This document shows, one piece after another, positions 16,258-24,965 of a DNA stretch of 27,823 bases (position 1 is its first letter; every line of letters starts with the position of its first letter). Both the position numbers and the translations under genes were made by a program. Location: assembly GCA_964470265.1 (NCBI GenBank), contig CAYYCA010000002.1:1-27823 (forward strand). The letters run 5' to 3'. Origin of the DNA: an uncultured Fimbriimonadales bacterium (GTDB lineage Bacteria; Armatimonadota; Fimbriimonadia; Fimbriimonadales; GBS-DC). The notes beneath the pieces are model-generated. The model ran no database searches and had not been told where the DNA came from. It was given only the letters and a program-made list of their open reading frames with translations.

Positions 16258-17055
16258 ATGAAACGCAATGGCTTCACGCTGATTGAACTGCTGGTCGTGA
16301 TTGCGATTATCGCGATTCTGGCGGCGATTCTGTTCCCGGTGTTCGCGCAGGCGCGCGCAAAAGCCCGCCAGACCCAGTGCTTGAGCAACATGCGCCAGAT
16401 TGGCGTCGCGGTGAACATGTACCTTAACGACTACGACGAGGGCTACCCCTTCACGATGGCGATTATCAACGGCGTGCCCAGCACGGTGAACTACTGGGCG
16501 GTGCATAACTATCAGGCGGCGCTGGAGCCGTATATCAAGATGGATCGCGGACTGCGCAACAAGCAGAACATCTGGTGGGATCCGTCCGACCCTGACCGCA
16601 GCGTGCCCGCGATGTGGGGGTCGTTTACCACGAACGGCTTCTTTACGGCGATGCCGCGCCGTCTGGCGGAGGTGACGCGCCCTTCGAACACGCTCTACTC
16701 CATCCTACGCGGCGACCCGTGGGTGCGCATCACGGGCATTAACCCGCCGAACCCGCTGCCCACGGATAACCCGAACCATCCGTTCTGGGTGTCGGAGTTC
16801 TTTGATATGTGCTTAGACCCGTGGGCGGAGACGACCGATGTGAACCATCCCTACCACTGGTCGAAGGGGCGTGCTACGCCGCCGTGCAGCCTGTTCCCGA
16901 ACGCGGCGCACTGCGGCGACTGGGATCAGCAAATCGCCAAAACGCGCTATCAAGGTGGAACCGCCGCGCTCTATGCCGACGGGCACTCCAAGCATGTGCG
17001 GTTCCCACAAACCTATCGCGCGATTGACGATAACCAGTGGAGTATTAACCTGTAA
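16258..17055 (+). CDS. Prepilin-type N-terminal cleavage/methylation protein (DUF1559-type, H-X9-DG-like C-terminus)
   Basis: MKRNG|[39 protein letters not shown] class III signal; C-terminal [14 protein letters not shown]; SD AGGAGG at 16246..16251. Confidence 0.92.
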   Translation: MKRNGFTLIELLVVIAIIAILAAILFPVFAQARAKARQTQCLSNMRQIGVAVNMYLNDYDEGYPFTMAIINGVPSTVNYWAVHNYQAALEPYIKMDRGLRNKQNIWWDPSDPDRSVPAMWGSFTTNGFFTAMPRRLAEVTRPSNTLYSILRGDPWVRITGINPPNPLPTDNPNHPFWVSEFFDMCLDPWAETTDVNHPYHWSKGRATPPCSLFPNAAHCGDWDQQIAKTRYQGGTAALYADGHSKHVRFPQTYRAIDDNQWSINL

Positions 17056-17083
17056 AGTCCCCCAACATCACGCCCCTTTCCAG

Positions 17084-17263
17084 CCTCGCCCCCTGCCTCT
17101 CTCCATAGAGAGTGGTTGGGGGTGAGGACAGCAAGGGGGGGCTTTGGCGCCGGTGAAAAGCTCCCTTCTGCTGCGGTGCATGCAGCGAAGCCGCCCCTCT
17201 CCCCGCGAACGGGAAGGGAGCGCAAGCGTGGGCAGCGGCAACGCCTCCCTCGTTCATAGGGGA
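17084..17263. repeat. Cluster of pyrimidine-arm/purine-arm hairpins (CCCTCTCCC...GGGAGAGGG type)
   Basis: Hairpins at 17084..17127 (CCTCGCCCCC...GGGGGTGAGG), 17194..17218 (CCCCTCTCCCC-gcgaac-GGGAAGGG) and 17246..17263; a related copy lies at 27640..27665. Confidence 0.6.
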
Positions 17264-17335
17264 CTGGAAGCGGGAAGAGCAGTAGAAAAAAGGGACCAAT
17301 TTGTTGGTGAGAATCACCCCATGAAAAGCATTTAT

Positions 17336-17345
17336 CAGGTAAAAT
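17336..17345 (+). promoter_or_regulatory. -10 element CAGG-TAAAAT upstream of infA
   Basis: Same CAGG-TAnnnT motif, followed by SD GGAGGTGA and ATG 17365. Confidence 0.55.
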
Positions 17346-17364
17346 TACGCCCGGAGGTGATGCC

Positions 17365-17592
17365 ATGGCGAAGACCGAAGGCAAGGACATCGAGGTCGAG
17401 GGTACGGTGGTGGAGTGCCTGCCGAACACTACTTTCAAGGTGGAAATCGAAGGTGGGCATACGGTTTTGGCGCATCTGTCGGGCAAGATGCGAATCAACT
17501 TCATTCGCATTCTGCCGGGCGATCGCGTGAAGGTCGCGCTCTCGCCCTACGACCTGACGCGCGGGCGAATCGTGTACCGCTACAAGAGTTGA
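17365..17592 (+). CDS. infA: Translation initiation factor IF-1
   Basis: [19 protein letters not shown]...[37 protein letters not shown]. Confidence 0.98.
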   Translation: MAKTEGKDIEVEGTVVECLPNTTFKVEIEGGHTVLAHLSGKMRINFIRILPGDRVKVALSPYDLTRGRIVYRYKS

Positions 17593-17602
17593 ACATCCCT
17601 GC

Positions 17603-17674
17603 GGTGCGACGGCGTCCCCGCCGTCGTAAAGCTTGGTATGGCGATGACTGGAAAGTCGTCGCGCCAGAGGCTAC
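17603..17674. repeat. Degenerate REP pair between infA and rpmJ
   Basis: GGTG-CGACGGCG-TCCC-CGCCGTCG (17603..17626), a second hairpin GCGATGAC-tggaaa-GTCGTCGC (17641..17662) and a terminal CTAC. Confidence 0.6.
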
Positions 17675-17728
17675 TTGCATGCTCAACGCGATTATTAGGT
17701 ATAATACGCCTTCGCGAGTGGGTATACT
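17675..17728 (+). promoter_or_regulatory. Candidate tandem promoters for rpmJ-rpsM-rpsK-rpsD-rpoA-rplQ
   Basis: TTGCAT (17675..17680), N19, TATAAT (17700..17705); second GGG-TATACT at 17723..17728. Confidence 0.5.
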
Positions 17729-17757
17729 CATGCGCCCGCTGAACGGAGGCGATATCG

Positions 17758-17871
17758 ATGAAGGTACGAGCATCAGTGAAGAAGATGTGCGCCAAATGTA
17801 AAATCATTCGGCGCAAGGGCGTGGTTCGGGTCATCTGCGAGAACCCGAAACACAAACAGCGTCAAGGTTAG
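17758..17871 (+). CDS. rpmJ: 50S ribosomal protein L36, zinc-binding form
   Basis: Manual translation [37 protein letters not shown]; SD GGAGG; too short for the ORF track. Confidence 0.97.
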   Translation: MKVRASVKKMCAKCKIIRRKGVVRVICENPKHKQRQG

Positions 17872-17885
17872 GAGGCAAATAGAGG

Positions 17886-18269
17886 ATGGCGCGTATTGCT
17901 GGAGTGGACTTGCCGCGCGACCGTAAGGTGGAGTATGCCCTGCCTGTGATTTACGGGATAGGGCTGTCCTCGGCGCGCAAGATTTTGCAGGCGACGGGCG
18001 TCGACCCGAACAAGCGCGTGCGCGACCTCACCGAAGAAGAGGTCGCCAAACTGCGCGCGGAAATCGAGAACAACTATACGATCGAGGGCGACCTCAGGCG
18101 CGAGCAACAGATGAACATTCGCCGCCTGATCGAAATCGGTTGCTATCGCGGGATACGCCACCGACGCGGGCTGCCCGTGCACGGACAGCGCACCCGCACC
18201 AACGCCCGCACGCGCAAAGGACCACGGAAGACCGTCAGTACAGGCAAGCGGGCGAAGGCGAAGAAGTAA
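17886..18269 (+). CDS. rpsM: 30S ribosomal protein S13
   Basis: [10 protein letters not shown]...[27 protein letters not shown]. Confidence 0.98.
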   Translation: MARIAGVDLPRDRKVEYALPVIYGIGLSSARKILQATGVDPNKRVRDLTEEEVAKLRAEIENNYTIEGDLRREQQMNIRRLIEIGCYRGIRHRRGLPVHGQRTRTNARTRKGPRKTVSTGKRAKAKK

Positions 18270-18281
18270 GGGAGAACGACT

Positions 18282-18677
18282 ATGGCGCGTAAAGCACGAG
18301 CCGGCGCACAGCCGCAGAAGGAACGCAAGAACATCGTACACGGCGTGGCGCATATCCACGCCACCTTTAATAATACGATTGTGTCGATTACCGATGTGAA
18401 CGGGAATGTGATTTCGTGGGCGAGCGGCGGCTCGGTCGGCTTCAAGGGCACGAAAAAGGGCACGCCGTTCGCGGCGCAGGTCGCCTCTGAACGCGCCGCC
18501 CGCGCCGCGATGGAACACGGAATGCGCAAAGTGGATGTGCTGGTCAAGGGTCCCGGACCAGGACGCGAGACCGCCATCCGCTCGCTGCAGGCGGCGGGGC
18601 TGGAGATTCTGAGCATCAAAGATGTGACCCCCGTGCCCCACAACGGCTGTCGCCCGCCCAAACGCCGCCGAGTGTAA
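18282..18677 (+). CDS. rpsK: 30S ribosomal protein S11
   Basis: [24 protein letters not shown] and [18 protein letters not shown]. Confidence 0.98.
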   Translation: MARKARAGAQPQKERKNIVHGVAHIHATFNNTIVSITDVNGNVISWASGGSVGFKGTKKGTPFAAQVASERAARAAMEHGMRKVDVLVKGPGPGRETAIRSLQAAGLEILSIKDVTPVPHNGCRPPKRRRV

Positions 18678-18695
18678 TCAAGGAGGAAAGCAAGT

Positions 18696-19328
18696 ATGTC
18701 AGTTGTCTGGGATTCGAAATGCAGCATGTGCCGACGCGCGGGCGTGAAGCTCTACCTGAAAGGCGACCGCTGCTATACCAAAAAGTGCGCCCTTGAGCGA
18801 CGCAACTACCCGCCGGGGCAGCACGGTCCCCGCACGCGCGACCGCAAAATGAGCGAGTACGGCGAGCAGCTCCGCGAGAAACAGAAGCTGCGCCAGATGT
18901 ACCAGCTGCGCGAGGCGCAGTTCCGCAAGTATGTCGAGGAGGCGCAACGCGCCCGCGGCGTCACGGGCGAAGTGCTGCTGCGCCAGCTCGAAATGCGCCT
19001 CGATAATGTCGTCTTTCGGCTCGGCTTCGCCAGCTCGCGCGGGCAGGCGCGGCAGATGGTCTCGCACAAGTTCATTACCGTCAACGGCAAGCGCGTGAAC
19101 ATCCCCTCTTATCAGGTGCGCGAGGGCGATGTGATCAGCATCCACGAGTCGAAGCGCTCCACCGCGCTCGCGAAAGACGCGCTTGCACGCGCCGCCGAGC
19201 ATACCCCGCCCGCATGGCTGGCGTATGACCCGACGCAGGTGCAGGGCAAGGTGCTGCACGCGCCCCAAATTGACGAGATCGATACCAAAATCGAAATGCA
19301 GAAGATTATCGAGTTCTACAGCCGCTAA
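18696..19328 (+). CDS. rpsD: 30S ribosomal protein S4, four-Cys zinc-binding form
   Basis: CSMCRR...RCYTKKC, PPGQHG, SEYGEQLREKQK and EMRLDNVVFRLG. Confidence 0.98.
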   Translation: MSVVWDSKCSMCRRAGVKLYLKGDRCYTKKCALERRNYPPGQHGPRTRDRKMSEYGEQLREKQKLRQMYQLREAQFRKYVEEAQRARGVTGEVLLRQLEMRLDNVVFRLGFASSRGQARQMVSHKFITVNGKRVNIPSYQVREGDVISIHESKRSTALAKDALARAAEHTPPAWLAYDPTQVQGKVLHAPQIDEIDTKIEMQKIIEFYSR

Positions 19329-19345
19329 GGAGGCGTTCATACTTT

Positions 19346-20317
19346 ATGACGGTACAGATGGTGGAAACAGAGGTTCGCACGCTCATCAGCGAACCGAAGT
19401 ATGGCAAATTTGAAGTGGAGCCGCTGGAGCGGGGCTACGGCGTGACGCTGGGCAACGCGCTGCGCCGCGTGCTGCTCTCGTCGATTCCGGGCGCGGCAAT
19501 CACCAGCGTGCGCATCGAAGGCGTGCTGAGCGAGTTCGAGCCGATGCCCGGCGTGAAGGAAGACACCATCCACTTCCTGCTCAACCTCAAAAATGTGGCG
19601 ATCCGCATCCACTCGTCGCAGCCGCGCGATAAATATTCGCTGCGCCTGCAGGTGCAAGGCCCGGGGCGCGTCACGGCGGCAGATATTCAAGCCCCTGCGG
19701 ATGTGGAGATTGTGAACCCTGAACTCTATCTGGCGACGCTGAGCGACTCCAGCGCGCGGATCAACGCCGACATTACGGTAGAGATTGGACGCGGCTATGT
19801 GGCGGCGCTCAAGCGCGAGCGCGGGCGCGGCTCGGTTGGCGAAATCCGCACAAATGCCCTGTTTAGCCCCGTCACGAAGGTGAACTTTCTCGTGGAGCCG
19901 ACGCTGGTGGGCGAGCGCACTGACTACGACCGCCTGATTCTGGAGGTTTGGACGAACGGCGCGATTACCCCCTCGGAAGCCGTGTTTCAGGCGGCAGCCA
20001 TCCTGCGCGACCAGTTTAGTCGCCTGATGGCGCTCGGCGGCGAGGAAGGCGCCCTGGAAGCAGCGGCGGTGGTGCCCGCCCCGCCCGGCGTCACCGTGCC
20101 CGACCGCCCGTTGGAAGATCTGGGGCTGTCCACGCGCGTGCTGAACGCCCTGCGCAGCGGCGGCATCGACACCCTCTATAAACTGCTCAGCACCCCCGAA
20201 CAGAAACTGCTTACCCTGCGCAACTTCGGCGAAACCGCCAAAAAAGAGGTCGAAGAGAAACTCAGCTCGATGGGGCTGAGCCTGATGAAAGCCGGAAGGA
20301 GGCGAGGTTCATCATGA
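19346..20317 (+). CDS. rpoA: RNA polymerase alpha subunit
   Basis: [48 protein letters not shown] and a CTD with LSTRVLNAL...RNFG. Confidence 0.97.
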   Translation: MTVQMVETEVRTLISEPKYGKFEVEPLERGYGVTLGNALRRVLLSSIPGAAITSVRIEGVLSEFEPMPGVKEDTIHFLLNLKNVAIRIHSSQPRDKYSLRLQVQGPGRVTAADIQAPADVEIVNPELYLATLSDSSARINADITVEIGRGYVAALKRERGRGSVGEIRTNALFSPVTKVNFLVEPTLVGERTDYDRLILEVWTNGAITPSEAVFQAAAILRDQFSRLMALGGEEGALEAAAVVPAPPGVTVPDRPLEDLGLSTRVLNALRSGGIDTLYKLLSTPEQKLLTLRNFGETAKKEVEEKLSSMGLSLMKAGRRRGSS

Positions 20318-20667
20318 ATCACGGAGCTGGCTATCGCAAATTAGGACGCCCCAGCGACCACCGCATGCACATGCTGCGCAATCAGGTGCGCTCGCTGCTG
20401 ATTCACGAAAAGATTGAGACGACCGTCACGCGGGCGAAAGAGACCCGCCGACTGGCGGAGAAGATGATTACGCTGGCGAAGGAGAACACCCTGCACGCCC
20501 GGCGTCAGGCGCGCGCGTTCCTGCGCGACGAGAGCCTGGTCAAACATCTCTTTGACAATATCGCGCCGCGCTACAAAGAGCGCAACGGCGGCTATACCCG
20601 AATCGTGCGCGTCGGCGTCCGACGCGGCGACGCGGTGGAAACCGCCATCCTAGAACTGGTCGAGTAG
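20314..20667 (+). CDS. rplQ: 50S ribosomal protein L17
   Basis: [20 protein letters not shown] and RNGGYTRI. Confidence 0.97.
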   Translation: MNHGAGYRKLGRPSDHRMHMLRNQVRSLLIHEKIETTVTRAKETRRLAEKMITLAKENTLHARRQARAFLRDESLVKHLFDNIAPRYKERNGGYTRIVRVGVRRGDAVETAILELVE

Positions 20668-20670
20668 CGC

Positions 20671-21399
20671 ATGCGCAACCTGCGCCTGCAGGTCGAGTAC
20701 GACGGTACCGACTTTCACGGCTTCGCCCGACAACAGGGCGTGCGCACCGTACAGGGCGTGCTGGAGAGCGCACTGCAGGCGACGCTGAACGAACCGATTG
20801 AGGTCATCGGCGCAAGTCGCACCGACGCGGGAGTCCATGCGCGCGGGCAGGTGGTGAACTTTCTCACCAGTCGCCCCGTGCCCGTCGAACGGCTGACGGC
20901 GGTTCTGAACCGTCGCCTGCCGATGGATTTGAAAGTGATTCGCGCGCGAGAAGTTGGCGCGAACTTCCACGCGCGATTCTCAGCGAAGAGCCGCGTGTAC
21001 CGCTACAGCATCTACACGGGGGCGCACCCCTCCGTGTGGAAGATACGGTACGCATGGCATTACCCCCATGCGCTGGACTGCGCGGCGATGCAGGCGGCGC
21101 TGGAGTTGATTCTGGGCGAGCACGACTTTCGTCCGTTCTCGGTGAAGATACCGACCGAGAAAAACACGGTACGCACGCTGTATCGTGGGATTGTACAGCC
21201 GACGCGCGACGGCGTGCGCATCGAGCTGGAAGCAAACGGCTTCCTGCGCGGCATGGTGCGCCTGATTGTCGGCGAGTTAGTGCGCGTCGGCGAAGGGAAG
21301 CAAGCTATCGGCTCCCTGCGCGAGCGATTGGAACGCCGAGTTCAGGCGACCCAGATGGCGCCCGCGCAGGGATTGTGCCTGATGCGGGTAAAATACTAA
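20671..21399 (+). CDS. truA: tRNA pseudouridine(38-40) synthase
   Basis: EYDGTDFHGF, GASRTDAGVHA, FHARFSAKSRVYRY, NGFLRGMVR and APAQGLCL. Confidence 0.96.
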   Translation: MRNLRLQVEYDGTDFHGFARQQGVRTVQGVLESALQATLNEPIEVIGASRTDAGVHARGQVVNFLTSRPVPVERLTAVLNRRLPMDLKVIRAREVGANFHARFSAKSRVYRYSIYTGAHPSVWKIRYAWHYPHALDCAAMQAALELILGEHDFRPFSVKIPTEKNTVRTLYRGIVQPTRDGVRIELEANGFLRGMVRLIVGELVRVGEGKQAIGSLRERLERRVQATQMAPAQGLCLMRVKY

Positions 21400-21404
21400 T
21401 TCGC

Positions 21405-21472
21405 GTGGCACGGGCGTCCCCGCCCGTGCGGGCGGTTGTGGCTTTTGTGCTTGAGCGGGACGCTCAAGCCAC
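21405..21472. repeat. REPIN-like unit between truA and rplM
   Basis: GTGG-CACGGGCG-TCCC-CGCCCGTG...CTTGAGCG-GGA-CGCTCAAG-CCAC; the same two arms as the 1..248 units, in reverse orientation. Confidence 0.88.
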
Positions 21473-21492
21473 AGGCGAAGGAGGCAGCGATT

Positions 21493-21924
21493 ATGTTGCA
21501 ACGCACCTATACGATGAAAAAAAACGAAATCCAGCGGACATGGTGGGTCGTCGACGCGGCGGGTAAGCCCGTCGGGCGAGTCGCCGCTCAGGTCGCGCGC
21601 CTGCTGCAGGGCAAGCATAAACCCACCTACACGCCCCACATGGATATGGGCGACCATGTGATTATCCTGAACGCAGAGAAAGCCATCTTTACAGGGAAAA
21701 AGCTGGACGAGGTCATCTACCACCACACGATGCACCCGGGCGGGCTGCGCGCCTACACGCGCCGCAAGATGATGACCGAGAAGCCCGAAAAGATGATCAC
21801 GCGCGTGGTGAGCCGCATGCTGCCCAAGAACAAGCTGCGCGCTCGCATGCTCAAGCGGCTGCGCGTGTTTCAGGGCGCGGAACATCCTCACACGGCACAG
21901 CAGCCCCAGCCCTATGAACTGTAA
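21493..21924 (+). CDS. rplM: 50S ribosomal protein L13
   Basis: WWVVDAAGKPVGRVA, GKHKPTYTPHMDMGD and MLPKNKL; SD AAGGAGG supports ATG 21493. Confidence 0.97.
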   Translation: MLQRTYTMKKNEIQRTWWVVDAAGKPVGRVAAQVARLLQGKHKPTYTPHMDMGDHVIILNAEKAIFTGKKLDEVIYHHTMHPGGLRAYTRRKMMTEKPEKMITRVVSRMLPKNKLRARMLKRLRVFQGAEHPHTAQQPQPYEL

Positions 21925-21936
21925 GGAGTAGACACT

Positions 21937-22329
21937 ATGGAACCGATTCGATACTACGGTACGGGACGACGCAAGACCGCTTCGGCGCGCGTGTGGCTAA
22001 TGCCCGGCGAGGGAAAAATCACCATCAACGGGCGCGAAGCGCCTGAGTACCTGCGCCGCCCGATTCTGGAGCGCATCGTGACGCAGCCCCTGCGCCTGCT
22101 GGGGCTCGAGGGGCAGTACGACATTCGCGCGACGGTGCGCGGCGGCGGACTGTCGGGACAGGCGGGCGCGATTCGACACGGCGTGGCGCGCGCCCTGCTG
22201 CAGGTGAATCCCGAATATCGCGCTGTGCTGAAACAGAACGGGTTGCTCACGCGCGACGCCCGCGAGAAAGAACGCAAGAAGTACGGACGCCACGGCGCAC
22301 GCCGCGGGTTCCAGTATGTGAAGCGCTAA
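21937..22329 (+). CDS. rpsI: 30S ribosomal protein S9
   Basis: [26 protein letters not shown] and ERKKYG...QYVKR. Confidence 0.98.
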   Translation: MEPIRYYGTGRRKTASARVWLMPGEGKITINGREAPEYLRRPILERIVTQPLRLLGLEGQYDIRATVRGGGLSGQAGAIRHGVARALLQVNPEYRAVLKQNGLLTRDAREKERKKYGRHGARRGFQYVKR

Positions 22330-23591
22330 TGCGCATCCTCTTAGTCGGCGGCGGCGGACGCGAACACGCGCTGGCGTGGAAACTGCGCCAGAGCGCGCAC
22401 TGCGACGCGCTCTACGCCGCCCCCGGCAACGCAGGCATCGCCCAGCTCGCCGAGTGCGTCCCCATCGCCCCCAAAGCCATCCCCGAACTCGTCGACTTCG
22501 CGAAACAGAACGCCATCGATCTGGTCGTGGTCGGTCCCGAATCGCCCCTGATTGCTGGGATTGCCGACGCCCTGCAGGAGGCGAATATCCCATGCTTTGG
22601 TCCCTCGCGTGCAGCGGCGCAACTGGAGGGGAGCAAAGCGTTCGCCAAGCAGATTCTGGCGGAGGTGAACGCCCCCACCGCCCCCTTCGCCGTGTTCGAC
22701 GACCCCGACGCGGCGCAGACCTACCTGCGTGAGCGGTTTCTGGAGCGTCCCTGCGTCGTCAAAGCCGACGGCGAAGCGCTGGGCAAGGGCGTGTTCGTAT
22801 GCGAAACGCTCAGCGACGCGCTGGACGCCGTGGAGTTTCTGATGGTGGAGCGCGGGCTGGGCGAAGCGGGCGCGCGAATCGTCATCGAAGACCGCCTGTA
22901 CGGGCGCGAAATGTCGCTCCTGTGCCTGACTGACGGACAGACCGCACTGCCCATGCCCCCTGTGCGCGACTATAAACGCGCGCTGGACGGCGACCGCGGG
23001 CCCAACACGGGCGGTATGGGCTGCTACACGCCTCTGCCCGACGCGACGCCCGAACTGATAGAGACCGCCCTGAGCCAGATTGTACGCCCCGTCATCAGTG
23101 AAATGGCGCGGCGGGGAACCCCTTACAGGGGCGTGCTGTACGCTGGGCTGATGATTCACGATAACCAGCCCTCCACGCTGGAGTTCAACTGTCGCTTCGG
23201 CGACCCCGAAACGCAGGTTCTGATGCCCCTGCTGGAGAGCGACCTCGTGGAACTCGCGCTGTCGACGATTGAGGGCAGGCTGCCCGAGACGCCGATGCGC
23301 TTCGCGTCGCGCGCTGCCGTGTGCGTCGTGCTGGCGTCGGGCGGCTATCCCCACGAATACCGCACAGGATTGCCCATCGAGGGGCTGGAACAGGCAAGCC
23401 AGTCGCCCGATGTGCTGATTTTCCACGCGGGTACACGCACCGAAAACGGTCAGATTGTCACATCAGGCGGGCGCGTGCTGAATGTCGTCGGGCTGGGCGA
23501 GACGCTTACTCAGGCTCGTGAAAACGCCTACCGCGCCGTGCAGCAAATTCATTTTGAGGGAATGCATTATCGGGGCGATGTGGCGCGTTGA
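22329..23591 (+). CDS. purD: Phosphoribosylamine--glycine ligase
   Basis: GGGGREHAL, APGNAG, VGPE, LEGSKAFAK, KADG..GKGV, GPNTGGMG, EFNCRFGDPE and TSGGRVL; TAATG overlap with rpsI. Confidence 0.97.
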   Translation: MRILLVGGGGREHALAWKLRQSAHCDALYAAPGNAGIAQLAECVPIAPKAIPELVDFAKQNAIDLVVVGPESPLIAGIADALQEANIPCFGPSRAAAQLEGSKAFAKQILAEVNAPTAPFAVFDDPDAAQTYLRERFLERPCVVKADGEALGKGVFVCETLSDALDAVEFLMVERGLGEAGARIVIEDRLYGREMSLLCLTDGQTALPMPPVRDYKRALDGDRGPNTGGMGCYTPLPDATPELIETALSQIVRPVISEMARRGTPYRGVLYAGLMIHDNQPSTLEFNCRFGDPETQVLMPLLESDLVELALSTIEGRLPETPMRFASRAAVCVVLASGGYPHEYRTGLPIEGLEQASQSPDVLIFHAGTRTENGQIVTSGGRVLNVVGLGETLTQARENAYRAVQQIHFEGMHYRGDVAR

Positions 23592-23616
23592 CACTTTTGA
23601 CACCCATAAGTATAGA
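23588..23616 (+). promoter_or_regulatory. Possible sigma70 promoter for the Gfo/Idh/MocA gene
   Basis: TTGACA (23588..23593), N17, TATAGA. The -10 lacks the conserved final T. TTGACAC is directly repeated 9 nt later. Confidence 0.35.
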
Positions 23617-23676
23617 GCAGCCTCCCTTTACCTCTGCCTGCAGGATTCCAGTGCCGTAGAGCGTAATTAGTCAACT

Positions 23677-24945
23677 ATGAACCACACACTTACACGGCGG
23701 GAGTTTTTGAAGGCGGGCGTGGCGCTGAGCGCGCTGCCGATTGCGCAGTTCGCCCACGCGCAGGGTTCGGACAGGATTAAGGTTGGTCTGGTCGGTTGCG
23801 GCGGGCGCGGCACTGGGGCGGCGATCGACTGCCTCCGGGCCGATGAGGGCACAATCATCTGGGCGCTGGGCGACATCTTTGAAGACCGCTTGAACGCAAG
23901 TTATGAGGGTCTCAAGGAGCAATTTGCTGACCGCGTGGAAGTTCCCCCCGACCGACGCTTTCTGGGGTTCGACGCCTACAAGAGGGTGCTGGAGAGCGGG
24001 ATCGATTTAGTGTTGCTCTGCACGCCCCCGGCGTTCCGCCCCGTGCATTTCCTCGCAGCGATGGAGGCAGGCAAGCATGTGTTTATGGAAAAGCCCGTTG
24101 CGGTGTGTCCTGAGGGCGTGCGGATGGTGCTGCGCGGCGACGAGCTTGCCCGTCAAAAGCGGCTTGGCGTGATGCCCGGCACGCAGTATCGCTGGCATCC
24201 GGGCTATCAGGGCGTGATTGAGCGCATTCGCGCGGGACATATTGGAGAAATCCGCGCCGCCTACGCCTATTACAACGCCGCCAGCCCCGCGCCCCAACCG
24301 CGTCAGGAAGGCTGGACGGATATGGTGTACCAACTCCGCAACTGGCTGTTCTACAACTGGCTCGCAGGCGACCAGCCCGTGGAACAGTTCGTCCACAATA
24401 TCGATGTGATGAACTGGGTGATGGACAGCGTGCCCACGCGGGCGATGGCGATGGGCGGCAGGCAAGTGCGCACCGCGCCCGAATACGGCGATGTGTACGA
24501 CCACTTCGCGATTGAGTACGAGTATCCCAACGGCGTGCGTGTGCTGGCGATGTGCCGCCAGATGGACAACACCGCCTATCGCGTGTCGAACCTCGTCGTC
24601 GGCTCCCAGGGAACCGCCCTGATGGAGCAGCTCACCAACTTCTATGTGCGCGGCAAGGAGACATGGGAGCCGGGCAAGCAGTGGCTCAACCCCTATGTGG
24701 AGGAGCATCGCGTGCTGATTGAGAGCATCCGTAAAGGCAGTCCGATTAACGAGACGCGCACGATTGCGGAAAGCACGCTCACCGCGATTATGGGACGCAT
24801 GTCGGCGTACACGGGCAAGATTGTGACCTGGGAGGCGGCGATGAACTCGAAGCTGAACCTTGTGGAGCGCGTGATGAATATCAACTACGACACACCTGCG
24901 CCGCAGGATCCCGTGCCCATTCCCGGCAAGACGGCGCTGGTGTAG
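23677..24945 (+). CDS. Tat-exported Gfo/Idh/MocA family oxidoreductase
   Basis: Twin-arginine signal TLTRREFLK, Rossmann motif VGLVGCGGRG, HVFMEKP and EQFVHNID. Confidence 0.92.
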   Translation: MNHTLTRREFLKAGVALSALPIAQFAHAQGSDRIKVGLVGCGGRGTGAAIDCLRADEGTIIWALGDIFEDRLNASYEGLKEQFADRVEVPPDRRFLGFDAYKRVLESGIDLVLLCTPPAFRPVHFLAAMEAGKHVFMEKPVAVCPEGVRMVLRGDELARQKRLGVMPGTQYRWHPGYQGVIERIRAGHIGEIRAAYAYYNAASPAPQPRQEGWTDMVYQLRNWLFYNWLAGDQPVEQFVHNIDVMNWVMDSVPTRAMAMGGRQVRTAPEYGDVYDHFAIEYEYPNGVRVLAMCRQMDNTAYRVSNLVVGSQGTALMEQLTNFYVRGKETWEPGKQWLNPYVEEHRVLIESIRKGSPINETRTIAESTLTAIMGRMSAYTGKIVTWEAAMNSKLNLVERVMNINYDTPAPQDPVPIPGKTALV

Positions 24946-24965
24946 CAAGTCCGCGGAGGACTTCC

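Noticed and set aside
17056-17340. Riboswitch, tRNA or known ncRNA in the pilin-infA gap
   Set aside because: No tRNA arms or riboswitch consensus were recognisable; the hairpins are explained by a dispersed repeat family. An Rfam/Infernal scan would settle it.
17758-19328. Zinc-binding L36 and S4 as unusual
   Set aside because: Cys-containing forms of both proteins are well known and widespread.
21436-21492. Extended N-terminus of L13
   Set aside because: The extension is translated REP sequence; the SD supports ATG 21493.
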